Positions 1 to 7,805 of a DNA stretch of 64,000 nucleotides are shown in pieces. How positions within the stretch are numbered: the stretch's first letter is position 1; every line of letters starts with the position of its first letter. The notes below the pieces were generated by a model, which was not told where the DNA came from, did no database searches, and saw nothing but the letters and a program-made list of their open reading frames with translations. The DNA comes from Limisphaerales bacterium (GTDB lineage Bacteria; Verrucomicrobiota; Verrucomicrobiia; Limisphaerales; JBBRWD01): assembly GCA_038249465.1 (NCBI GenBank), contig JBBRWD010000007.1:17308-81307 (forward strand). Direction: 5' to 3'. The translations under genes were made by a program, and so were the position numbers.

Positions 1-626
1 GTATCAAGAGCGCCGCTGTCGTGATCTTCGCCATCGGTGAACATCACCAGAATCTTGTGGTTGTCGGTCTTCTCCTTGAACGCTCCGAGCGACGCGGTGA
101 TCGCCTCACTCACTGCGGTGCCACCTTGAGGGATGATGTTCGCTTTAAGTTCGTTGATACTCTGCCAGAAGACCTCGTCGTCGTAGGTGAGCGGGCATTG
201 GAGGAAGGCCGTGCCCGCGAAGGCGACCAGCGCCACGCGATCGGTGCGCGCCAGTTTCTTCAATTCGAACGCGGCCAATTTCGCCTTGGTCAGGCGGTTC
301 GGATTGGTGTCATCCGCGAGCATGCTGCGCGAAACATCGATCGCCACCACTATATCCAGCCCGCGCTGACGCGCCTCCTCCCAATCGTATCCCCAGCGCG
401 GTCCCGCCAGGGCGATGAGGAGAAGGAAGGACGAGCCTAGCACCAAGGCGATGCGCACCTTCTGCCGTTGTTGCGAGACGCTCGACGTGAGATTGCCCAA
501 CAGTCGCGCATGAACGAATTGCGTCATGAGCCGGCGCTTGACCCGCCAGGCCCACCAGAAGAATCCGGCCAGTGCAGCCGTGATGGGCAGCGCCAGCCAG
601 GCGATCCATGGATGTGTGAATTGCAT
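1..626 (-). CDS. VWA domain protein, BatB-like (runs off the window start)
   Basis: Manual translation from ATG 626: MQFTHPWIAWLALP...GPRWG...GLDIVVAIDVSRSMLA (MIDAS DxSxS)...DRVALVAFAG...FTDGED. Not in the ORF track because it is truncated. Follows batA. Confidence 0.85.
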   Translation of the reverse strand, partial: MQFTHPWIAWLALPITAALAGFFWWAWRVKRRLMTQFVHARLLGNLTSSVSQQRQKVRIALVLGSSFLLLIALAGPRWGYDWEEARQRGLDIVVAIDVSRSMLADDTNPNRLTKAKLAAFELKKLARTDRVALVAFAGTAFLQCPLTYDDEVFWQSINELKANIIPQGGTAVSEAITASLGAFKEKTDNHKILVMFTDGEDHDSGALD

Positions 627-646
627 GCTTCAATACTCCAGACCCG

Positions 647-1648
647 TCACGGCAACCGCCGCCAGACGGTCTGGTCCAAAGCGATTCCGAGCAACAGCAG
701 GAAGATCCCGGGCACCAGCACCCAGGGAAACAGTTCCTTCACGTTGACATACTTTTTCACTTCGACCTCGGATTTTTCGAGACGATCAATCTCGTCGTAG
801 ATCTTCTGCAGTGTGTCGGTGCTGTCGGCGCGAAAATATTGTCCGCCTGTTTTCTGGGCGACGGATTTGAGCACGTCCTCATCGATATCCACGGCCACGT
901 TTCGGTAGCCGACAAGCTGCCCGAACTGGCGCACGGGGAAAGGCGCCGTGCCGCGGGTGCCGACGCCGATGGTGTACACTTTCACGCCGAGAGATTGCGC
1001 GGCCTCGGCTGCCGTCCGCGGCGGAACCTTGCCGGCATTGTTCTGCCCGTCGGTCATCAGGATGACGATCTTGCTCTTGGATTGCAGGTCGCGCAGGCGA
1101 TTGATGCTGGCCGCGAGTGCCGAGCCGATGGCGGTGCCGTCCTCAATGGTGTGAAGCTCCAGCCGGCCGAGATTTTGCAGCAGGAACTCATGATCCAGCG
1201 TCATCGGCGCGGCGACATACGCGCGCCCGGCGAAAGCCACCAGGCCGATGCGGTCACCGCTGCGTTTGTCGATGAACTTGCGCAACACATCCTTGGCGAC
1301 CACCAGGCGATTGACCTGACGCCCGGCAACTTTGAAGTCCTCCGACTCCATGCTGCCCGAGAGGTCCAGCGCCACCACGATATCAATGCCGCTCGCTTTG
1401 ATCTTCGTCTCGCTTTGCACAAACTGCGGCCGCGCCAACGCCACGATGAACGCGCCCAACGCCAGCCAACGCAGCGCAGCCAGCACGCGGCCCGCGCTTG
1501 ATGGTTTCAAGTTCGCCACGCTGCGCACGAGTTGCGTCGAGGAGTAGAGAAACGCCGCCTGTTGCGACGCGCGCCGGCCCTTCAGCCATGCCAGCACGGG
1601 CAGCGCGAGCAGCAATAGCAGGAACCATGGATGGTCGAAATGCGGCAC
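647..1648 (-). CDS. VWA domain protein, BatA-like
   Basis: N-terminal 'FDHPWFLLLLL' TM, DLSGSM MIDAS, DRIGLVAFAG, TDGQNN, C-terminal TM; lies in the moxR-DUF58 operon. Confidence 0.9.
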   Translation of the reverse strand: MPHFDHPWFLLLLLALPVLAWLKGRRASQQAAFLYSSTQLVRSVANLKPSSAGRVLAALRWLALGAFIVALARPQFVQSETKIKASGIDIVVALDLSGSMESEDFKVAGRQVNRLVVAKDVLRKFIDKRSGDRIGLVAFAGRAYVAAPMTLDHEFLLQNLGRLELHTIEDGTAIGSALAASINRLRDLQSKSKIVILMTDGQNNAGKVPPRTAAEAAQSLGVKVYTIGVGTRGTAPFPVRQFGQLVGYRNVAVDIDEDVLKSVAQKTGGQYFRADSTDTLQKIYDEIDRLEKSEVEVKKYVNVKELFPWVLVPGIFLLLLGIALDQTVWRRLP

Positions 1649-1652
1649 GGAT

Positions 1653-2282
1653 TTAGCGTGTTTCGGGTTTTGAACTTTGTGTTACGAGCGGCGGGGGCAG
1701 GGCTCCGTCCGGGGCCGCCGCGATGGGATCGAACTGCGTCTCATCCACCAGGCGCAGCGCACTCTGGTGCAGCTCGCGTAGCGATTCCTCGGTTGGTTCG
1801 AATCGAGCGAACTTCACCAAGTCGCAGCTCTGGAGGAATCCACCGAGACTTTCCTTTTGCAGATCGTTCAGTCGATTCGTGCCCTGAAGCTCCGTGAGGA
1901 ATTCCTCCGTGGTGCGGTCCGGCGCGTGAAAGTCAAAACGCTCTTCGAGGTACATGCGCAGTGCGTCCGACACCGCCGTGCAAAAAGGCTTCGGCTCGCT
2001 GATCAGCCGGAGTGCTTCTTCCAAGCGATGGCGAGCACGTACATGTGGCGGAGTCGGCGGAATCGCCAGCGGTTGCAGGCGACGCCGCCACCAGCGCGTG
2101 AGCAGGAATGCCAGCGCGGCGATGACCAACGCGCCGCCCAACCACCAGACCCACTCCCAACCGCTCGGGATCGGCACCGGCGGCTTGACCGGTCGGAGAT
2201 CGTTCGTACCGGAAAGCGATGTCGTTGCCGCCGGCGTGGCGGTCTTTGGCGGGACAATCAAGGCTATCGAGTTCGTGGCCAT
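1653..2282 (-). CDS. Membrane-anchored Bat-operon protein (DUF4381-like)
   Basis: Single TM, 'S.ALR.YLE.RF...TTEE' and 'DLVKFA' motifs; typical position between DUF58 and batA. Confidence 0.7.
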   Translation of the reverse strand: MATNSIALIVPPKTATPAATTSLSGTNDLRPVKPPVPIPSGWEWVWWLGGALVIAALAFLLTRWWRRRLQPLAIPPTPPHVRARHRLEEALRLISEPKPFCTAVSDALRMYLEERFDFHAPDRTTEEFLTELQGTNRLNDLQKESLGGFLQSCDLVKFARFEPTEESLRELHQSALRLVDETQFDPIAAAPDGALPPPLVTQSSKPETR

Positions 2283-2296
2283 CGGTGAAATCGCTT

Positions 2297-3256
2297 TCAG
2301 CCGTGCAAGCGTCGCTTCTCGCGGGTTTCAAAAAACTTCCCCAGCGCTGCGGCGTAAGGCTGGCCGGCGAGAAGCTGGATGGAATCAATATTGGCCGAAC
2401 GGAACATGCGCACCAGTTCCGTCTGCGCCTTCTGTTGGCGTTCCTGGAACGAGGCCCGCAAACGGCCCACGCCGGTGTTCACTTCCATCACCTTGCCCGT
2501 CTCGGAGTCCTCCAGCATCAGCCGGCCGATGTTCGGCAGCTCCATTTCGTAGCGGTCGGCGATATGGACGGCGACGACGTCGTGGCGGCGGTTGGCCTGA
2601 CGGAGCGCGTTGAAGCAGCCGAGCGAAAGATGCGACTGACCGGCGCTCATCCCGCCGCGCATTGAGCGGACCGGCGTGTTGCGGGTCGGCATGCTTTCGT
2701 CGAGGAAATCGGAAATCACCACCGCGATGGCGCGATGCGCGGTGACGCGGCGGAGAAATTCCAACGCGGTGTTGAGGTTCGTGCCGCGGCGCTTCGGCTC
2801 GAAGAACAGAATTTCGCGGATGACGCGCAGCACATGGCGGCGGCCCTTCCGCGGCGGCATGTATTTCTCCACCTCGTCCGTGAAGAGAATCAGCCCGACC
2901 TTGTCGTTGTTGCGAATGGCGGAGAAGGCGAGCACCGAGGCAATCTCGGCGGCGAGCTCGCGCTTGGATTGTTCGCTGGAACCAAAGAGGCCAGAGGCGC
3001 TGAGATCTACGACGAGCATGAGCGTCAACTCGCGTTCCTCGACGAACTTCTTCACGAACGGATGATTCATCCGCGCGGTGACATTCCAATCAATGGCGCG
3101 GACTTCATCGCCGGGCTGATACTCGCGGACCTCCTCGAAGTTCATGCCCTGACCCTTGAAGACGCTATGGTACTGCCCGGCGAGCGACTCGCTCACCAGC
3201 CGGCTGGTGCGAATCTCGATCTGGCGGATCTTCTTGAGAATTTCGCGAGGAATCAT
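2297..3256 (-). CDS. DUF58 domain protein
   Basis: Start MIPREILKK at 3256; 'G.YHSVFKGQGMNFEEVREYQPGDEVRAIDWNVTAR' signature; moxR operon context. Confidence 0.9.
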   Translation of the reverse strand: MIPREILKKIRQIEIRTSRLVSESLAGQYHSVFKGQGMNFEEVREYQPGDEVRAIDWNVTARMNHPFVKKFVEERELTLMLVVDLSASGLFGSSEQSKRELAAEIASVLAFSAIRNNDKVGLILFTDEVEKYMPPRKGRRHVLRVIREILFFEPKRRGTNLNTALEFLRRVTAHRAIAVVISDFLDESMPTRNTPVRSMRGGMSAGQSHLSLGCFNALRQANRRHDVVAVHIADRYEMELPNIGRLMLEDSETGKVMEVNTGVGRLRASFQERQQKAQTELVRMFRSANIDSIQLLAGQPYAAALGKFFETREKRRLHG

Positions 3257-3275
3257 ACGAACGCGTGAGGAGTCG

Positions 3276-3485
3276 TCAGTCGAGTTGCCACACAAACATC
3301 TCCGGGCGACCGGTGGCGCGACGAATCTCGTTGGCCCGCCTCTGGAGACCAACCAAGATGCGAAGCTTTTCTTCAATCGGCAGGCGCGCGGCCTCGTGGC
3401 GACTGGCGCGCTTTCGCTCGAAGATTTCTTCCGCGATTTTCTTCACTTGGGGACTCATGACTTCGACGTTTTGAACTGGTTCCAT
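3276..3485 (-). CDS. Small basic helical protein, putative partner/antitoxin of the upstream nucleotidyltransferase
   Basis: 69 aa ORF overlapping the 3' end of the NTase-like gene; 'K..SRHEAARLPIEEKLRIL..LQ' pattern. Confidence 0.55.
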   Translation of the reverse strand: MEPVQNVEVMSPQVKKIAEEIFERKRASRHEAARLPIEEKLRILVGLQRRANEIRRATGRPEMFVWQLD

Positions 3486-3961
3486 TTGTCGGTCAACTGG
3501 TGGCGATTCAGGATCTCAGTAAGAGCGTTAGAATCCACTTCAGCTTCGTCCAGCAACATGGCCACGCGGGCGGAATCCTTGGTCCGTCCGGTCTTGAGGG
3601 CGATGGCAATGAGGTGTTCGACACGCATGACTCTGGTTGTCGTTTGTCCAACGAGACGCTCGATAGCCTGCCGGACTGCTTCTTCAGTCAGCGCATCGTA
3701 GGCTGGGATGAGTTGAACGAGCGTGCCCGCCAACACGAGATGCTCGCGTCGTTCGATTGCGCCCCGCGCTTTCAAGTAATCATAGATAGGAGTCAAGGAG
3801 AGCAATCCGTTGGCGGGCTGTTTCATCAAGATGAAAGCATCCAGATCCTCGGTGACGACCGCTTCGGCATAAAACAAGGCCGCCAGCGCGCCACCGATGG
3901 CGTAACGATCCACCAATCCGGACTTCTCCAGGTCGTTAAGGATTTGAATCGTCTTTTCCAT
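3455..3961 (-). CDS. Nucleotidyltransferase-like protein (Pol-beta superfamily, AbiEii/DUF6036-like)
   Basis: Likely start MEKTIQIL; 'YAIGGALA..Y....TEDLD' motif and C-terminal 'GR.KD'. Confidence 0.7.
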   Translation of the reverse strand: MEKTIQILNDLEKSGLVDRYAIGGALAALFYAEAVVTEDLDAFILMKQPANGLLSLTPIYDYLKARGAIERREHLVLAGTLVQLIPAYDALTEEAVRQAIERLVGQTTTRVMRVEHLIAIALKTGRTKDSARVAMLLDEAEVDSNALTEILNRHQLTDKWNQFKTSKS

Positions 3962-3999
3962 GCTGTCTCGTTCCGTCATTGCAGAATGATGGTCAACTT

Positions 4000-4113
4000 T
4001 CAGCCGCAAATCGAACAAGCCTCCCGCGCCGGCCCGGGCACCGCCTCGCTCACCACTAAGCTGGTGCGAATCTCGATCTGGCGGAACTTCTTGAGGATTT
4101 CGCGAGGGATCAT
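4000..4113 (-). pseudogene. Duplicated 5' fragment of the DUF58 gene (37 aa: MIPREILKKFRQIEIRTSLVVSEAVPG...)
   Basis: About 65 nt nearly identical to 3190-3256 (the start of the intact DUF58 gene), then diverges to a stop at 4000. Confidence 0.8.
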
Positions 4114-4352
4114 TCGGGGTCACTCAGGCAGTTCTTATATCGTCGATAGGCAAACCACGCCAAAGTCGCAGAGCCGAACGTGAAGCATGTGGTGGGTGCT
4201 CGTAGATCGATGCGTATGCGCCGCGGCTGCGGTGATTCAGCCGGCTTGCGCTTCCATTGGACAGTGGCGAGCCAGGAGCCAATGCAGACCGGCGCAAGGA
4301 TGATGGCCAAAAAACAAAAGACCACGGTTAGCGACAGCCAGAAGTCTTTCAT
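4110..4352 (-). CDS. Small hypothetical membrane protein
   Basis: Hydrophobic ORF right after the moxR stop; its TGA overlaps the ATG of the DUF58 fragment (ATGA). Start uncertain. Confidence 0.4.
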   Translation of the reverse strand: MKDFWLSLTVVFCFLAIILAPVCIGSWLATVQWKRKPAESPQPRRIRIDLRAPTTCFTFGSATLAWFAYRRYKNCLSDPE

Positions 4353-4369
4353 GGCTTTCATTCTCTGCT

Positions 4370-5359
4370 TCACGGCACCGGCAGCTCATCAAAAATCTTT
4401 TGCACGATGGTCTCGCTCGTCTTCTCTTCCGCCTCGGCCTCGTAAGTGATGGTGACGCGATGGCGGAGCACGTCCATGCCGATGCTCTTTACGTCCTGTG
4501 GCGTGACATAGCCGCGGCCTTTCAGGAACGCGTACGCCTTGGCGGCGAGAGTTAGAGCAATCGTGGCACGCGGCGAGGCGCCGAGTTGGATCAGTCCTTG
4601 GAGTTGGAGATTGTAGTGCGCCGGATCGCGCGTGGCGCAAACCAGATCCACGATGTAGTCCTTCACCTTGTCGTCGATGTAGATGTCATTGATGACTTCG
4701 CGCGCGGCTAGAATCGTCTTGGCATCCACCACCGCCTTGGCCTCGGGCAGATGGCTGGTCTTGGCCATCAAGTCGAGAATCTGCCGTTCCTCCTCGCGCG
4801 AGGGATAACCGATCTTCAGCTTCAACATGAAGCGATCCACCTGCGCCTCGGGCAACGGGTAGGTGCCCTCCTGCTCGATGGGATTCTGCGTCGCCAGCAC
4901 GAGGAAAGGCTCTTCCAACTTAAAAGTATGATCGCCTATCGTGACCTGCTTCTCCTGCATTGCTTCCAGCAGCGCGCTCTGCACCTTGGCCGGGGCGCGA
5001 TTGATTTCGTCGGCGAGGACGAGGTTAGAGAAAACGGGGCCTTTACGCGTGGTAAACCCGCCGGATTGAGGGTTGTAAATCTGCGTGCCGATGACGTCGG
5101 CGGGCAGCATGTCGGGGGTGAATTGGAGTCGTGCGAATTTGGTGCTCAAGCTGGCGGCCAGCGTTTTCACCGACAGCGTCTTGGCGAGACCGGGCACGCC
5201 TTCGAGCAGCACGTGCCCGTTGGCCAGCAGTCCGATGACGAGGCGCTCGACGAGGTAGTTCTGGCCGATGACGACCCGGCCGATTTCGGTGAACAGCGGG
5301 CGGATGAATTCACCCGACCGTTTGACTTCTTCGTTGATGGCAGTAATTCCGTTACTCAT
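4370..5359 (-). CDS. moxR: MoxR-family AAA+ ATPase
   Basis: GVPGLAKT Walker A, LADEINR Walker B, ATQNPIEQEGTYPLPEAQ.DRF. Confidence 0.95.
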   Translation of the reverse strand: MSNGITAINEEVKRSGEFIRPLFTEIGRVVIGQNYLVERLVIGLLANGHVLLEGVPGLAKTLSVKTLAASLSTKFARLQFTPDMLPADVIGTQIYNPQSGGFTTRKGPVFSNLVLADEINRAPAKVQSALLEAMQEKQVTIGDHTFKLEEPFLVLATQNPIEQEGTYPLPEAQVDRFMLKLKIGYPSREEERQILDLMAKTSHLPEAKAVVDAKTILAAREVINDIYIDDKVKDYIVDLVCATRDPAHYNLQLQGLIQLGASPRATIALTLAAKAYAFLKGRGYVTPQDVKSIGMDVLRHRVTITYEAEAEEKTSETIVQKIFDELPVP

Positions 5360-5684
5360 GACGCTTGATGTTGTCGCGGTGGATGACACCAGAAATCTCC
5401 CCGGTGTTCAACTCTTGCGCAAAAGTGATTAATAAGGGGTCGGGCCTTACTACCAAACTCATGTCGAGCAATGGAGCTTTTAGAATCACCTGACACTGGC
5501 AGGGCTCTGCGGCTTGTCTCGCATTCGTCGCCCTGCTGATTTTTTGTAAGGTTCTTTGGCGCTCCGGGGCGGCAGTTCAATTCGCTGGCATGACGAGGGT
5601 AAAGCCGATCCGGCCTTCAACCATTGAATTCGGGTGCAGAACCGGTTTGCCGCCTGGAAGCAAACACGGTATTCTTCGCCCGAC

Positions 5685-7616
5685 ATGTTTGTTTATCCAA
5701 AGCGATACGATGTCATTGTTGTCGGAGCGGGCCACGCTGGTATCGAGGCAGCGCTCGCGGCCGCCCGTATCGGCAGCGAGACTTTGCTGTTGTCCATCAA
5801 CTTGGATTCGATCGGCCAGATGTCCTGCAATCCGGCCATCGGGGGATTGGCGAAAGGGCATCTTGTTCGCGAGATCGACGCTCTTGGAGGAGAGATGGGC
5901 AAGGCCACCGACATGACAGGGCTACAGTTCCGGATGCTGAATACCAAGCGAGGCCCGTCGGTATGGGCGCCGCGCGCGCAGTGCGACAAGAAGGCATATC
6001 AATTCCGATTGAAGTGGATCTGTGAACGGCAACCGAATCTGGATGTGAAACAAGGGCAGGGTATGCGATTGCTCGCTGACAGCGGCATGGTAATTGGTGT
6101 CGAGACGACGCTTGGCGTGCAATATCACGGGAAGACCGTGATCGTGACTACCGGAACCTTTTTGCGCGGTTTGATGCACATCGGTTCTACACAGGAGTCA
6201 GGCGGGCGGGCCGGTGAGGCGGCGGCGACTGGTCTGTCGGGTTCGCTACAGGCATTGGGTTTGAAACTGGGACGGTTGAAGACGGGCACACCTCCGCGAT
6301 TGGCGAGGCGATCGATTGACTTTGAAATGATGGAAATTCAGCTCGGTGATGAACCGGTGCCTCACTTCACTTATTGGAGAGACGATTTGTTCCACGTGGA
6401 ACATTCCGGCATTCCGCGGAACGAGATGAGCCGGTCCGGCGGCAGGTTTCCGACCGGTTCTATCCTGGACCGTATCAGCGGACAGTTGCCATGCCATATC
6501 ACCTACACGACCGACCGCACGGCTGAAGTCATCCGGGCCAACCTTCACAAGTCACCACTTTACTCCGGCATCATCGAAGGCGTCGGGCCACGATATTGCC
6601 CGTCCATTGAGGACAAGATCGTGCGATTCCCGGATAGGGAGCGCCAGCAACTTTTCCTCGAACCCGAGGGCATCGCGACGGACGAGTATTATGTGAATGG
6701 ATTCTCCACAAGTCTGCCGCTTGAAGTCCAGATTGAGATGGTTCAGTCCATCGTCGGGTGTGAGCGGGCCGAGATCATGCGCCCAGCCTACGCCGTTGAG
6801 TATGATTTTGCCTTCCCGACGCAGCTCCAAACTTCGCTCGAAACGAAAACGTGCAGGAATCTGTATCTTGCCGGCCAAATCAACGGAACTTCCGGCTACG
6901 AGGAGGCTGCCGCGCAAGGATTGATGGCGGGAATCAATGCCGCCCGACGTGCCCGAGGGTTGGAACCGATTGTATTGCGGCGCGACCAGGCTTACATCGG
7001 CGTGCTCATTGACGACCTTGTCACCAAAGGCACCACCGAGCCGTATCGGATGTTCACCTCGCGAGCGGAACACCGGATGATTTTGCGGCAGGACAACGCG
7101 GACTTCCGCCTCTGCGACCTTGGATACGAAACAGGCTTGTTGCCGGGGCGGAACTTTGCGCAGTTCCAGAAGAAACGCTTGGCGGTGTCAGCAGAGTTGC
7201 ACCGCCTGCAAACCACTCGCAGCGGAGTCGAACTCCTTGCTCAACTGCTGCGGCGGCCAGAAATCAACTACGCGGCTCTGCCGTCGAAAAATGTGGCGCT
7301 CTCGGCTGCCGAGATTCAACAGGTCGAGATCGAGGTGAAATACGCCGGGTATATCCAGCGACAAGAGTTAGAGATTGAAAGGTTTAAGGGATTGGAGGAA
7401 AAGTCGATCCCTGGCTGGCTGGACTTCCAAAAGATCAAGGGACTACGAACGGAAGCGCGCCTTAAACTCGACCGGATTCGCCCCGCAACACTCGGTCAGG
7501 CCTCCCGGATATCCGGCGTTTCTCCAGCGGATCTCGCCATCGTCATGGTCTGGATGAAGCGTGGCCGCCCTGAAGACACTCCATTTGAGAATACCTCAGC
7601 AGTGACAGGAGAGTGA
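5685..7616 (+). CDS. mnmG: tRNA uridine-5-carboxymethylaminomethyl modification enzyme MnmG (GidA)
   Basis: YDVIVVGAGHAG, MSCNPAIGG, GPRYCPSIEDK, AGQINGTSGYEEAAAQG, EPYRMFTSRAE. Confidence 0.97.
   Translation: MFVYPKRYDVIVVGAGHAGIEAALAAARIGSETLLLSINLDSIGQMSCNPAIGGLAKGHLVREIDALGGEMGKATDMTGLQFRMLNTKRGPSVWAPRAQCDKKAYQFRLKWICERQPNLDVKQGQGMRLLADSGMVIGVETTLGVQYHGKTVIVTTGTFLRGLMHIGSTQESGGRAGEAAATGLSGSLQALGLKLGRLKTGTPPRLARRSIDFEMMEIQLGDEPVPHFTYWRDDLFHVEHSGIPRNEMSRSGGRFPTGSILDRISGQLPCHITYTTDRTAEVIRANLHKSPLYSGIIEGVGPRYCPSIEDKIVRFPDRERQQLFLEPEGIATDEYYVNGFSTSLPLEVQIEMVQSIVGCERAEIMRPAYAVEYDFAFPTQLQTSLETKTCRNLYLAGQINGTSGYEEAAAQGLMAGINAARRARGLEPIVLRRDQAYIGVLIDDLVTKGTTEPYRMFTSRAEHRMILRQDNADFRLCDLGYETGLLPGRNFAQFQKKRLAVSAELHRLQTTRSGVELLAQLLRRPEINYAALPSKNVALSAAEIQQVEIEVKYAGYIQRQELEIERFKGLEEKSIPGWLDFQKIKGLRTEARLKLDRIRPATLGQASRISGVSPADLAIVMVWMKRGRPEDTPFENTSAVTGE
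6388..6403. promoter_or_regulatory. parS centromere-like site TGTTCCACGTGGAACA inside mnmG
   Basis: Perfect 16-bp palindrome matching the widely conserved ParB-binding parS consensus; translated as (L)FHVE(H). Confidence 0.85.
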
Positions 7617-7636
7617 GACGTTCACGCCTCTGAAAG

Positions 7637-7674
7637 TGCGACAATTCTGCGTGTCACAGCGCCATTATGTCGCA
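7637..7674. promoter_or_regulatory. Inverted repeat TGCGACAAT...ATTATGTCGCA, candidate enhancer-binding-protein site (UAS)
   Basis: Imperfect palindrome about 85-120 bp upstream of the sigma-54-like motif. Confidence 0.45.
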
Positions 7675-7758
7675 TATTCACAAGGAAATCCGCTGCATCT
7701 TCTGGATCAAATTCAGATAACATGTTGCAGTCTAACCACCTAAACAATAGTGCTGCTG

Positions 7759-7775
7759 CTGGCATTGCCATTGCT
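7759..7775 (+). promoter_or_regulatory. Sigma-54 (-24/-12) promoter of dnaK: CTGGCATTGCCATTGCT
   Basis: Fits YTGGCA-N6-TTGCW with correct GG/GC spacing, 30 nt before the dnaK ATG. Confidence 0.65.
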
Positions 7776-7805
7776 GAAGTAGGTGGTACTTAAAGAACTG
7801 ATTTT

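Noticed and set aside
2620-2700. Low-similarity segment in DUF58 (ESMPTRNTPVRSMRGGMSAGQSHLS) as another repeat insertion
   Set aside because: No palindrome or match to the repeat families seen here; needs an ortholog alignment.
2297-3376. Extended ORF-track starts (DUF58 at 3376; likewise argB 47016, GDPD 52005, NTase 4123)
   Set aside because: The extensions overlap neighbouring genes or repeats; downstream ATGs match the family N-termini.
5400-7800. oriC next to mnmG
   Set aside because: Only isolated imperfect DnaA-box-like 9-mers (e.g. TTATCCAAA near 5693); no cluster and no dnaA in the window.
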